From positions 1 to 34,842 of the forward strand of contig JAGVDT010000036.1 of assembly GCA_020058565.1 (NCBI GenBank): 34,842 nucleotides of DNA, written 5' to 3'. The stretch is from Minisyncoccota bacterium (GTDB lineage Bacteria; Patescibacteriota; Minisyncoccia; Phycocordibacterales; UBA2100). The translations under genes and the position numbers were made by a program. The notes beneath the pieces were generated by a model. The model was not told the origin of the DNA. It ran no database searches and saw only the letters and a program-made list of their open reading frames with translations. Positions 25,828 through 34,842 of the stretch are shown in pieces (positions within the stretch are counted from its first letter, which is position 1; every line of letters begins with the position of its first letter).

Positions 25828-27012
25828 TTATAGCCATTCGGGATGATCCATGGTCCAGCGGACAACTTTACGTAGACTCTCGTCAAATGCTACGGGGACA
25901 TTAAAACCTTCGGAGGCAAGGTACGATCCGTCAAGCGCATAGCGCATGTCGTGGCCGGGCCGGGATGCATGGAAAGCAACCATCTCGTGCTTGAGCGGTC
26001 TTGTTTTCTTGCCCTTGGCAGCGAGGTATTCGTTTACGTACTGTGCGACAAGCTTCGCGAGCGTAAGGTTGTCCACCTCTCTCTCGCCGACGATGTTGTA
26101 TTTGCCCTGCATCGCGGAGCCGTCGAGGAGCCTGCCGTTTTGCAGGAGCCAAATGGACGCGGCCGAGATATTGCGCGCATGGATGTACGAGCGTTTGCCC
26201 GCCTGCGTTTTGTTTCTATTGGCATGTATGTGGACCGTATCCCCCGCGAGCACTTTTTTGATGAGAAGCGGGATGAATTTTTCCGGGTGCTGCCGCTCGC
26301 CGAAGATATTCATGCAGTTCGTGATGAATATCGGCATGCGGTAGGTAGCGGCAAAAGATATCGCCGCCATTTCCCCGGCAGCTTTCGCGGCAGCATAGGG
26401 GTTGTTGGGGTTGTTGCGGTCCCACTCCTTAAACGCGACACCCTCGGGGGCGGGGCCGAAAACTTCGTCGGTCGAGAAATATTGGAATTTCCCTTCGAAG
26501 ACGGGCGTACGCGCCTGAGGATCTGCATTTTTCTTCAGCCTGAGTCCACCCCTGCGCGCGTAGTTAAGCAAATGCACTGTGCCGATCCCGTTGTCCATGA
26601 AAAACAGAAGCGGGTCTTCGATGGAGCGGTCCACATGCGAGCCTGCAGCAAGATGAATGATGTAATCGAACGGGCCGCCTAAATGCCTTGCGACGGAGTC
26701 GTTTATTTCTGCCCGCAGGTCGTGGTATACGAAACGAACGCGATGTTTCTCAATGTCCCAGACGTTTATTCCGACGAGCCGATTGAGGTTGCCGGATGTA
26801 TCAAGCCTATCGAGCGTGGTGACATGCCAGTCGGTGGTCTTGAGGATCTGCTCTACCAGATGATGCCCCACGAACCCCGCCGCACCGGTCACCAAGACTT
26901 TTTTGGGAGCCATTTCGTGCCGTGAACGCACCGCTCTGAACAACTTCCCGGCACTTTTCGCTGGCTTGCGGTCTCTGGTATTTGCTGCGGCACGCTTTTT
27001 CATCAGCATCAT
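25828..27012 (-). CDS. dTDP/NDP-glucose 4,6-dehydratase-like (RfbB/RmlB family)
   Basis: TGAAGFVG, HLAAGSHVDRSI, STDEVFG, YAAAK, QHPEKFIP and RPGHDMRY. The exact start is uncertain. Confidence 0.88.
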   Translation of the reverse strand: MMLMKKRAAANTRDRKPAKSAGKLFRAVRSRHEMAPKKVLVTGAAGFVGHHLVEQILKTTDWHVTTLDRLDTSGNLNRLVGINVWDIEKHRVRFVYHDLRAEINDSVARHLGGPFDYIIHLAAGSHVDRSIEDPLLFFMDNGIGTVHLLNYARRGGLRLKKNADPQARTPVFEGKFQYFSTDEVFGPAPEGVAFKEWDRNNPNNPYAAAKAAGEMAAISFAATYRMPIFITNCMNIFGERQHPEKFIPLLIKKVLAGDTVHIHANRNKTQAGKRSYIHARNISAASIWLLQNGRLLDGSAMQGKYNIVGEREVDNLTLAKLVAQYVNEYLAAKGKKTRPLKHEMVAFHASRPGHDMRYALDGSYLASEGFNVPVAFDESLRKVVRWTMDHPEWL

Positions 27013-27070
27013 AGAACACTAATTTGCCCAAAAATGCAACGGTCAGCGCTTGCCGGCAAGCCCAAATACG

Positions 27071-27204
27071 CAAGAAATAAGATACAAGAAACAACAACCA
27101 AACAAATCTCAAGCACCAATATCCAATTCCCAAACCAGCCGTTTGCGTTTAATCATTGAGTATTGGATATTGTCTGTATCTTGTTTCTTGTATCTTGGAG
27201 TTTG
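27071..27204. repeat. Inverted pair of CAA-phased heptamer arrays
   Basis: Plus strand: CAAGAAA TAAGATA CAAGAAA CAACAAC CAAA CAAATCT CAAGCAC CAATATC CAATTCC. Minus strand from 27204: CAAACTC CAAGATA CAAGAAA CAAGATA CAGA CAATATC CAATACT CAA. Confidence 0.8.
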
Positions 27205-28571
27205 ATTATCGCGCTCCACACTCCATACAACGCCACCACAAAGACTAGCGGCAACGCCGGTAGCCGGTACTTAGCTTCTACATACGGCCCGCTTGCAAGC
27301 AGAAGGTATGCAAACAGCACAAGAAACAGCGCAAACGCCAAAAACGCCGCCCTATCGCGCGTCCACGCAAAGAAGCACCCTGCGAGAGCAAACCCGTATG
27401 TCACAAACAAAACCAGTGCCCAAATAATTTTCGGAAACTCTTTGAGCGCCGCAGAGGACGCTTCCGGGAAGCCTCCCCTGCTAAGCGCCGCATGAATGCT
27501 GGTTGCCGACTCAGGATTGTATTCGAAGGGCAGGATTTTTGTGTGTCCGTAATAGTAGATCGCTGCAATATCAGAAACAAATAAATTGCGCAGTACGCCC
27601 ACGGCGTATTGTTTGGCAAACTCCTGAGGATGTTGCTTGATACGCTCGATGGAGACGCGGACGAAATCTTTTTGGAATGGCAAATATCTGGTCGGTTCCC
27701 TGCTAAAGTAATGCATCATCGGTGGCACTTGATCACCCTCGATCGAAAGGTCTTTCGTGTAGAACTCATACAGATTGAAGCCTTGTATCGAGGAAAGTTC
27801 CGCGATGCCAAAGACTATTTTGTTCCTGGCAAGCCACGGAAATACCAAAAGAAGGATGATACCAACCATGGCTACGGTGCGGATAATCCTTCCGCGACGG
27901 TCGGTGCCGGAAAAGAACGCCAGGTGGATAATTTCAAAGAAGACGAATACTGCGGCGAGGTAGAGGGCCGTCGGCTTCGCGAGAACACTAAGCCCCAGCA
28001 CGAGTGCGCACAGGGCAAGATACCGCAGACTATTCTCCTGCCATGACCGAATCAAAAAATACGCAGCAGTCACCAAAAAAAGCACAAGAAGTGCGTCCGG
28101 CTCTGCTATCTGCGACCGATATAGATACAAAGGCTCGACAGAAAAAACGATCCCCGCGATCAGCGCGAAGCTGTGCGGCAAGAATAATCGGGCGAGTTTG
28201 TAGAGGACTGGCCCCAAAAGCGAAAGCAAGATATTGAGAAATATCATTGCAAGCCAGATGATTTCGAGCCCGCCAAAATACGCAAAAGGCGCGAAATACA
28301 GCGGCAAAAGCGGCGTACGCAGCGCATCCGGCTCATAGGGCGGGTCGACGAAGCGCGAGTAGCCATTTCCATGCGAGAGATTGTCCGCAATGATCACGTA
28401 GTGCTGCGTGTCGTTTCCATTTACAGAGCAATCATTCGAGAGAAAGAAGGCGCACGGGCCGTAGAAAATCATCAGCGCATAGAAAGCGAGAAGGTGCGCT
28501 ATGAGTCCCAGGCCGAATAGCGCCACAGGCGCTTTGCGCTCGCTGAAATACTTCGTGAACCAGTTCGGCAT
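27153..28571 (-). CDS. GT-C (ArnT/PMT_2-like) glycosyltransferase
   Basis: Multi-TM; DTQHY..IADNLSHGNGYS..LRTPLLP, EPD, LAKP, PWLARN and KYRLP. Confidence 0.8.
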   Translation of the reverse strand: MPNWFTKYFSERKAPVALFGLGLIAHLLAFYALMIFYGPCAFFLSNDCSVNGNDTQHYVIIADNLSHGNGYSRFVDPPYEPDALRTPLLPLYFAPFAYFGGLEIIWLAMIFLNILLSLLGPVLYKLARLFLPHSFALIAGIVFSVEPLYLYRSQIAEPDALLVLFLVTAAYFLIRSWQENSLRYLALCALVLGLSVLAKPTALYLAAVFVFFEIIHLAFFSGTDRRGRIIRTVAMVGIILLLVFPWLARNKIVFGIAELSSIQGFNLYEFYTKDLSIEGDQVPPMMHYFSREPTRYLPFQKDFVRVSIERIKQHPQEFAKQYAVGVLRNLFVSDIAAIYYYGHTKILPFEYNPESATSIHAALSRGGFPEASSAALKEFPKIIWALVLFVTYGFALAGCFFAWTRDRAAFLAFALFLVLFAYLLLASGPYVEAKYRLPALPLVFVVALYGVWSAIIKLQDTRNKIQTISNTQ

Positions 28572-28577
28572 AACCGG

Positions 28578-30005
28578 TCAGTAACTAACGGCTTTCACCG
28601 TGTAGGTGTGCATGCTGGCATTTTCTCCGGCAAGCATTTTATCCGCCAGTTCAAAACCCATTTCGATAGAGTTGTCGGAGTTGTTGTAGCGGAAGATCCC
28701 GGTGCGTCCAAGGAGGCATTCGTGCGGAGTTTCGAGGAACGATACTATTTTGTCGAGCTTTTGTTTGTAATCGAGATCGTAAAAAGGATACGCGTATTTG
28801 ATACGTGTTACGAGCGCATCTTCAATATGCTTCGCTTCGATGTACCCAGCTTTGATCGCATCGGATTTGGTGCGTTCGATTAAATCTTTGTCTGACATTT
28901 CCCACTCGGGAGAGCCTTCAAAGGAAGTAATGTCGAAGCAAATCGAGGTTTTTCCGGGCGGGCACATCACCGGAGACCAGTTCGAGAACTCGACCGCCCG
29001 GTTGAAGATAATGTCTTTGTCGTGGAAATAGAGCCAGTGGTCGTTGGAGACGCGCGGAATATCCAGGAACAAAAACACAAAAATGATGTCCATATATTTA
29101 AGCCCGGAAAGGGCCTTTTCGACAGCAGGGTCTCGCCGGTCTTGGAGGTTGTAGTATGTATGAAGCGGTATGGTCGAGATCAGCTTATCGTATTTCGCCA
29201 TATGAGACTCGCCTGCGTGCTCGTAGTAGACCGTGCGGCTTTTCGTGTCAACGCGCGTTATACGCGCACTCGTGAGTATTTCCGTTCCACTCTCTGACGC
29301 GGCGCGTGCCATCGCGTCCGGCAATTCCTGGATGCCTCTAAGCGGATACCAAAAAGGCCCGCCGTCCGGCGCCAGGCTGTCGTCTTTGAGGTCGTACGAG
29401 CGGAAATCCAAAGTGACAATTTTTCGGACAATGCGCTTCAGAAGCTTTACCAAATCCTCGCCCTGCAAACGCTGGTCGGCCCAGTCGGCGGATATTTCGC
29501 GCGGATCATGGCGCCAGACTTTCGCGGTGTAGTGCTTCGCCATCACTTCGTAGAGCTTGTAGCCATATATATAGGCAAACCAATCCTCGAACGAGCGGAG
29601 GTTAGGCCGCTCGGTAAATCGCTTTTTAAACATGTTCCACAAAAACGAAAACGCGGCCGGAATGCTTTTGGTGATTGGCATCGCGCGCAAAAGATCCTGC
29701 ACCTCGAAAGGATACTTGCAGTATTTGCCGAAAACGTAGGCGCGGCTCTTTTTAATGTGCTTTTCCATCTTGAGCCCGGGCAGCGTGAGGATTTCATTGA
29801 GGAGCTTCTCGTTTTTTGTGTGGAAACGGTGCGCGCAGAAGTCCAGGTAGAAGCCTTTGTATTCGATGGAGCGCGAAAGCCCGCCCACTATCGCCTCTTT
29901 CTCAAGCACGAGGACTGACTTGCCGTTTTCAGCTACACGCTTGGCAAAACCAAGGCCCGAAACCCCTCCGCCGAGAATCACGAAATCGAAGCTCTTTTCA
30001 ATCAC
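28578..30005 (-). CDS. FAD-dependent oxidoreductase, paralogue of 19230..20678
   Basis: ILGGGVSG, VGGLSRS, LDFCAHRF, WADQR, AYPFY and LGRTGIFRYNNSD. Confidence 0.8.
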   Translation of the reverse strand: MIEKSFDFVILGGGVSGLGFAKRVAENGKSVLVLEKEAIVGGLSRSIEYKGFYLDFCAHRFHTKNEKLLNEILTLPGLKMEKHIKKSRAYVFGKYCKYPFEVQDLLRAMPITKSIPAAFSFLWNMFKKRFTERPNLRSFEDWFAYIYGYKLYEVMAKHYTAKVWRHDPREISADWADQRLQGEDLVKLLKRIVRKIVTLDFRSYDLKDDSLAPDGGPFWYPLRGIQELPDAMARAASESGTEILTSARITRVDTKSRTVYYEHAGESHMAKYDKLISTIPLHTYYNLQDRRDPAVEKALSGLKYMDIIFVFLFLDIPRVSNDHWLYFHDKDIIFNRAVEFSNWSPVMCPPGKTSICFDITSFEGSPEWEMSDKDLIERTKSDAIKAGYIEAKHIEDALVTRIKYAYPFYDLDYKQKLDKIVSFLETPHECLLGRTGIFRYNNSDNSIEMGFELADKMLAGENASMHTYTVKAVSY

Positions 30006-30019
30006 GCAAGAATACTACG

Positions 30020-30931
30020 CTATGGAGCGCAGATGCGAAAGTCAGGCTTTTCACAAAACAGGTTGGCACATTCCGTTTCCGGGATGGCCCGAACAAGCGC
30101 ATCGAAATCCGTAATTCTACGTTTCGATTTGGCGCGCTCGTCGATAGCGTATATATCGAAGCTCTTCTCGCGCAAAAGCCGTAAGACTTCGTCGGGATCA
30201 TGCCCGGCTTTTTGGATCGCTGAGGGCGTAAATTCCAGAAAAAGCATTTTTGCATTTGACAGGCTTTCGTTCATGCCCTGGAGAGCGATAGACTCCGCTC
30301 CCTCAATGTCCATTTTGACGACATCTACCCGATCAATGTGTTCTTTCCGGAGAAAATTGTCGAGTGCCACCGTCTTTACGGTCACCGAGCTATTGAATCC
30401 TTTTGCCGTAGAAGCGTCTTTTACGAGGGAATGCTTGCCTTTGTTTGAATCGTAAAGATTCAGCTGGAGTTCGCCTTCTTTGTCTGCAACGGCAAGCGGA
30501 TATGCTGCAACCTGTGAAAACGAGTTCGCCGCGATGGTTTCTTTGAGAAACGCGTAATTTTCAGGGGCTGGCTCAAAAGCGATGACTTTTCCTGAAGCAC
30601 CAACCCTGCTCGCGGCAATGACCGTGTAATACCCTATGTTGGCGCCGATATCTATGACGGTCATTCCTGGCTTAAGCGCCTCCCGGAAGAGTTCAGTTTC
30701 GTACGGCTCGAATGCGTTAAAAGCCACAGCGCCAGAAACCGCCGGATCGCCGGGGTTGAGTGCTACGACGCCTTCCGGGAGTCGAACCTCCTTCGGCAAA
30801 AGAGCTTGTATTACGGGGTTCACCAGCTTTCCGAGAGACCCGCGGAAAAGCGCGGCGTAAATGCGCTCGGGTGTGCCCGCTGGCAGCAAACTCAGCATTC
30901 TCGATACTAGTGAGCGCGCGATTGTCCGCAT
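30020..30931 (-). CDS. FkbM-family methyltransferase
   Basis: FEPYET, IDIGANIGYY, AFEP and KMDIEGAE. Confidence 0.9.
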   Translation of the reverse strand: MRTIARSLVSRMLSLLPAGTPERIYAALFRGSLGKLVNPVIQALLPKEVRLPEGVVALNPGDPAVSGAVAFNAFEPYETELFREALKPGMTVIDIGANIGYYTVIAASRVGASGKVIAFEPAPENYAFLKETIAANSFSQVAAYPLAVADKEGELQLNLYDSNKGKHSLVKDASTAKGFNSSVTVKTVALDNFLRKEHIDRVDVVKMDIEGAESIALQGMNESLSNAKMLFLEFTPSAIQKAGHDPDEVLRLLREKSFDIYAIDERAKSKRRITDFDALVRAIPETECANLFCEKPDFRICAP

Positions 30932-30976
30932 AGTGGCATCGTAAGTCTTGTCAGGCTATCATGAAATCCAAAGAAT

Positions 30977-32431
30977 ATGCCAACTCTTTTCGGCTCTACG
31001 CGGGCGTACGCCGCCGTACTTTTGGGCCTTTTCGCGGTGATCTTTTTCTACGCGACGTACAAACTCACCGAGTCCCCTCCCACCTGGTACGACGAAGGCA
31101 TCTACATACAAGTTGCGCACTCGTTTGCCGAAAACGGTACGCAGTCGGTGCAGGTCGCGCCAGGTGAGTTTAAACGCATCGAGTTTTTGACCGTCGGCTT
31201 TCCGGTCATCGCCCCGGTAGCCGCATCGATCAAAATGTTTGGCTACTCAGTGTTTGCGGCTCGAATCCCGATGGTCATATTTATATTGCTATTCGCCGCA
31301 AGCGTCTGGTGGCTTATGTACCGTCTTGCCGGCCCCCGCGAGGCATTGCTTTCACTCCTCCTGGTGGCCACATTTCCTCTTCTCTACGGCAACGGCAAAA
31401 ACGTCCTCGGCGAGATTCCGGGGCTTTTATTTTCATGTCTTTCGCTCATCGCCCTCTACCGTCTCGAGCTCGATAATTTCAAAGGGGCAAAGAATTATTT
31501 CCTCCTCGGCCTAGCTGCCGGACTCACCGCCGCGTCCAAGCCGGTTTTCCTGCTCCTCCCCGGGGCAATTGCGATCGTGCTTATTTTCCGCTTGAAAAAA
31601 ATACTGCCACAATGGAAAGACATGCTGGTGGGTCCGGTAACGTTCATCGCCCTTATGGCGCTATGGACATATCTGCAGTTTGGCCCCGATGCGTCGCTCT
31701 CAGCGATTCTTGCCTACTATCTCAACCCCTATGGCGTCGCATCGGTTTCTGCAACTATGCTCGAAAACCTCGTGCGGCTTTTTACAGAAGACACACCGCT
31801 CTACTGCACGCTCTTGATGTCTGTTTGGATCGTATCAATCGCAGTACGCATCTATCGCAAACGTTCCGTATCGCTGGCGGAGTATTCCGCTTTCGTCTTT
31901 TCTGCTTTGGTTCTTATCGCATATCTGCGCACCGCAGGCTGGTACCGGTACTTTTTTGAAACCCTCGCAATGGCGCTTATACTTGCCCCGCTCTCGTTGA
32001 AGGTCATAGCTCAAGAATTCAGAAAATTCTTCCCGGAGCGGCTTGTGCTGGCAACGCCGATTGCCGGAGTATTTTTGCTTACCGCCCTGCAACTGTATGA
32101 ACTCAACGTCACCTCGTGGGTAGCCACGCACTACCATCGCACTACCGTAGCTGACATGGCGAAATTTTTCGATACATGGCCGGACGACAAAAGCATATTC
32201 GTATACAACAGCCCCGAAGCGCCCAACATGCTCGGGACCGGCAATTACTATCAGTACATGCAACCGACAGAAACCATCGCCTACGGCGCCGATCAATTGC
32301 AGGCGCTCAAAGACGGCGTTCCGGATTATGTGCTTGTGGCCGCTGCATATCATGAAAAATACCCCGAATTTTTCTCCCGATACGAAGTAACCGATGCGCC
32401 CATCCCTTATTTGCTGCTTAGTAGGAAATAA
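30977..32431 (+). CDS. GT-C (ArnT/PMT_2-like) glycosyltransferase
   Basis: Multi-TM; WYDEG, FG.S..AAR, LGE, GL..ASKP and RY; soluble C-terminal domain. Confidence 0.8.
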   Translation: MPTLFGSTRAYAAVLLGLFAVIFFYATYKLTESPPTWYDEGIYIQVAHSFAENGTQSVQVAPGEFKRIEFLTVGFPVIAPVAASIKMFGYSVFAARIPMVIFILLFAASVWWLMYRLAGPREALLSLLLVATFPLLYGNGKNVLGEIPGLLFSCLSLIALYRLELDNFKGAKNYFLLGLAAGLTAASKPVFLLLPGAIAIVLIFRLKKILPQWKDMLVGPVTFIALMALWTYLQFGPDASLSAILAYYLNPYGVASVSATMLENLVRLFTEDTPLYCTLLMSVWIVSIAVRIYRKRSVSLAEYSAFVFSALVLIAYLRTAGWYRYFFETLAMALILAPLSLKVIAQEFRKFFPERLVLATPIAGVFLLTALQLYELNVTSWVATHYHRTTVADMAKFFDTWPDDKSIFVYNSPEAPNMLGTGNYYQYMQPTETIAYGADQLQALKDGVPDYVLVAAAYHEKYPEFFSRYEVTDAPIPYLLLSRK

Positions 32432-32457
32432 TTTGACTATCGGGTATCTTTGTACCA

Positions 32458-33777
32458 ATGCTCACGCTGGTAATTCCCGTCTACAACTACGCCCATAAGC
32501 TCGAGGACACACTTTCGATTCTGAGAGCGTGGCTCAAAGACCGCTCGGATGTCAAAGAGATTCTATTCGTCAACGACGGCTCGACCGACTCTACCGCCGA
32601 GATGCTCTCTAAGCTGGAAAAGCCGATGCGCGCGCTCCACCTGCCGAAAAATTCCGGCAAAGGCGCGGCGGTAAAGGCCGGAGCCCTCGCCGCCACCGGC
32701 GATTACATTTTTTTTACCGATATAGACATGCCGTATGAACTCAACGCCATCGACCGCGCGCTTCAGGAATTCGCGCAAGGCGCAGACGTCGTAAGCGGCT
32801 CAAGGAATCTCGAAGGCTCCAAATCCAACGTAGAGCGCAGCGCCGAGCGCAAAGCTTCGAGCGTGCTTTTTTCTTGGCTCGCCAACTTCATACTGCTCGA
32901 ACATGTGCCGGATACGCAGTGCGGCCTAAAAGGCTTTACGCGCCCTGCAGCTCAGACTATTTTCGAAAATATTCGAGCAACGGGATACGTATTTGATGTT
33001 GAAATCCTCTACATCGCTCAGCATGAAAATTTGCGTATCGGATTCGTACCGGTAACTCTTATCAACGACTCTAATTCTTCAGTAAACGTTGTTAAAGACG
33101 GAGCAAGAATGGCGTTTGACCTTGCCCGGCTCTATATGCGCACCCGCACGCGCATCAACATGAAAGACGTGTTGTTCATATCCGGACTGGGTCTTGCTAT
33201 CGCCTTTCTCTTGATGCCGACTCTGCACAACATCGGGATATTGACCGCTCTCTCAGAGCGCGGCGTGCCGGTACTTTGGACGTTACTGGCGCTTCCGGTG
33301 TTTATGCCGCTGTTTCTCGTTGCAGGCTCTCTGGGCCTTTCGCTTTTGCCTTTCCACAAACATGCGGCCGCGCAGTTCAGCCGTTACGGGGTAATCGGAG
33401 CCTTCAACACCGCACTCAATGCCGCTATATTCAACACCCTGATCTACCTCAGCGGCGTATCGCAGGGGCCGCTGGTAACGGTCTTTGCGCTCATTACGTT
33501 CGCGATCGTCATCACGCAATCATTTTTCTGGAATATGTTCTGGACGTTTCGCAATACGCCTCCCCAAAACAGGCACAAACAATATGCGCGCTTCTTCGCT
33601 ATCACGAGCGTAGTAGCAATGATTAACCTCAGTATCATCCATGTCCTGGTCAACGTAGTAGGGGCACCCCCGGGGATACCGGTCAAGATCTGGGCCAACA
33701 TCGCACTCCTCTTGACCATCTTTACCGCAGTCCTCGGCAACTTTTTCGGCTACAAATTCTTCGTGTTCAAGAAATAA
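32458..33777 (+). CDS. GT2 (Alg5/dolichyl-phosphate glucosyltransferase-like) fused to a GtrA-like flippase domain
   Basis: VIPVYN, VNDGSTD, GKGAAV, FTDID, DTQCGLKG and FDVE. The C-terminal region QFSRYGVIGAFNT..SFFWNMFWTF..NFFGYKFFVF is GtrA-like. Confidence 0.85.
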   Translation: MLTLVIPVYNYAHKLEDTLSILRAWLKDRSDVKEILFVNDGSTDSTAEMLSKLEKPMRALHLPKNSGKGAAVKAGALAATGDYIFFTDIDMPYELNAIDRALQEFAQGADVVSGSRNLEGSKSNVERSAERKASSVLFSWLANFILLEHVPDTQCGLKGFTRPAAQTIFENIRATGYVFDVEILYIAQHENLRIGFVPVTLINDSNSSVNVVKDGARMAFDLARLYMRTRTRINMKDVLFISGLGLAIAFLLMPTLHNIGILTALSERGVPVLWTLLALPVFMPLFLVAGSLGLSLLPFHKHAAAQFSRYGVIGAFNTALNAAIFNTLIYLSGVSQGPLVTVFALITFAIVITQSFFWNMFWTFRNTPPQNRHKQYARFFAITSVVAMINLSIIHVLVNVVGAPPGIPVKIWANIALLLTIFTAVLGNFFGYKFFVFKK

Positions 33778-33798
33778 ATTTCAGATATTTCTGCAGAA

Positions 33799-34536
33799 TT
33801 ATACTTTTCTGCAAACGGCTACAAGCCTTCTACCTTTCTCCGCGTCACATTGATTAAAATACCGTGGCCAGATTTTGAGGTTGTAATACGTTCTCAGGCG
33901 CGGTATTTCCCATAGTCCGTTTTTAATAGCCTTATAGAAAAACTTGAGAGGATGAAATCCGACTTTATCTTGCCCCATCATCTTCTTTACCTCAAAATGC
34001 GGCGTGAGATATTTTGACAGTGATTCGACCGTAAAATGCTGGTAGTGCTTGCTTTCCGCTGAAGGCGGTCCGTTGCCATTGAGCGCCGGTACGGTTATCA
34101 CGAGCCGACCTCCAGGTTTCAGCACCCTCTTGAACTCGCACATGACCCCGTCGATAGTTTCAGGAATGAGATGCTCAACGGTTTCAATGCAAAACACCGC
34201 GTCGAATGAAGCATCCGCGTATGGAAGTTTGGCTAGGTCAGCGACTTCGAAATGCGCACTCGGGACCAAGAGCCGCGCGAATGCTATGGCACGCCGCGAA
34301 TAGTCTGTACCGGACAGATTCGTAAATCCGCTTTTCTCAAGCATTCCTAGAAAAAACGCATCGCCGCACCCGGCATCCAGGATGGCAGCGTCTTTGTCTC
34401 CTTCTGATGCAATCTCCTCGCATATCGAGAGGTAACCATAATAAATCCTACCCTTCTCGCTATCAGGCTCTTTAAACCAATGATTTGGAGAATGATAGTC
34501 GTCTTCCTGCTCCATCTGTTTTGCGTTGAATTCCAT
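33799..34536 (-). CDS. Class I SAM-dependent methyltransferase
   Basis: ILDAGCGDA, GTDYS, LPYADASFD, ETVEH and RVLKPGG. Confidence 0.88.
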   Translation of the reverse strand: MEFNAKQMEQEDDYHSPNHWFKEPDSEKGRIYYGYLSICEEIASEGDKDAAILDAGCGDAFFLGMLEKSGFTNLSGTDYSRRAIAFARLLVPSAHFEVADLAKLPYADASFDAVFCIETVEHLIPETIDGVMCEFKRVLKPGGRLVITVPALNGNGPPSAESKHYQHFTVESLSKYLTPHFEVKKMMGQDKVGFHPLKFFYKAIKNGLWEIPRLRTYYNLKIWPRYFNQCDAEKGRRLVAVCRKV

Positions 34537-34634
34537 ACTCAGCGGATGGCGAAATTGCCTCGAATCATCCGAATCCTAGCACATTCTGCTAGTCGTTGTA
34601 TTGCAGCACGCTCTAGGTATACTTGCGCGGACAT

Positions 34635-34842
34635 ATGAACCACGCGAAGGACATCTGGATACTCTGCCTCATGATGGCGCTCGCCATCGCTAATTTCAAC
34701 ATTTTCGGGATGGCGCACGAAACGGGCTGGAAGGATGCCGCCGATTACAGCGCTTATGCCAAAAATCTCCTCCTGGGCAACGGCTACAGTATCGACGGTG
34801 TACACGTTAACCCGTATCGCGAACCAGGCGTACCTTTCTACC
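34635..34842 (+). CDS. N-terminus of a further GT-C glycosyltransferase (truncated by the window edge)
   Basis: MNHAKDIWILCLMMALAIANFNIFG..DAADYSAYAKNLLLGNGYS..YREPGVPFY has the same D..Y..A.NL..G.GYS..R.P pattern as 27153..28571. TATACT lies upstream. It is absent from the ORF track. Confidence 0.75.
   Translation, partial: MNHAKDIWILCLMMALAIANFNIFGMAHETGWKDAADYSAYAKNLLLGNGYSIDGVHVNPYREPGVPFY

Noticed and set aside
34539..34805. 88-aa minus-strand ORF
   Set aside because: It lies antisense to the better-supported GT-C gene starting at 34635 on the plus strand.

Overview
Bacterial chromosomal window in genetic code 11 (TGA is used as a stop). Gene content and style point to Patescibacteria/CPR, most like Parcubacteria (inference). 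Left to right: (1) a >1540-aa minus-strand gene at <1..4620, missed by the ORF track because it runs off the edge. It has an N-terminal Xis/HTH_17-like domain, one transmembrane helix and a long Ser/Thr-rich repetitive, adhesin-like region. It is preceded by a smaller membrane protein carrying two copies of the same HTH. (2) gatB with a ~100-aa insertion. (3) A REP-associated tyrosine transposase (RAYT) homologue that has lost its catalytic residues, next to a REP-like doublet. (4) An Lnt homologue with a degenerate catalytic triad, then secA. (5) A solo PaaX/Cas2-like gene bracketed by repeated palindromes, a 14-aa Lys-rich sORF, and a putative ~165-nt structured ncRNA followed by duplicated antisense repeats. 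(6) A ~19-kb surface-glycosylation cluster: O-antigen ligase/OTase-TPR, C-methyltransferase, two FAD oxidoreductases, epimerase, a DprE1/DprE2-like pair, 4,6-dehydratase, four GT-C transferases, GT2, a GT2-GtrA fusion and two more methyltransferases. All calls come from motif recognition by eye; no database searches or folding programs were run.
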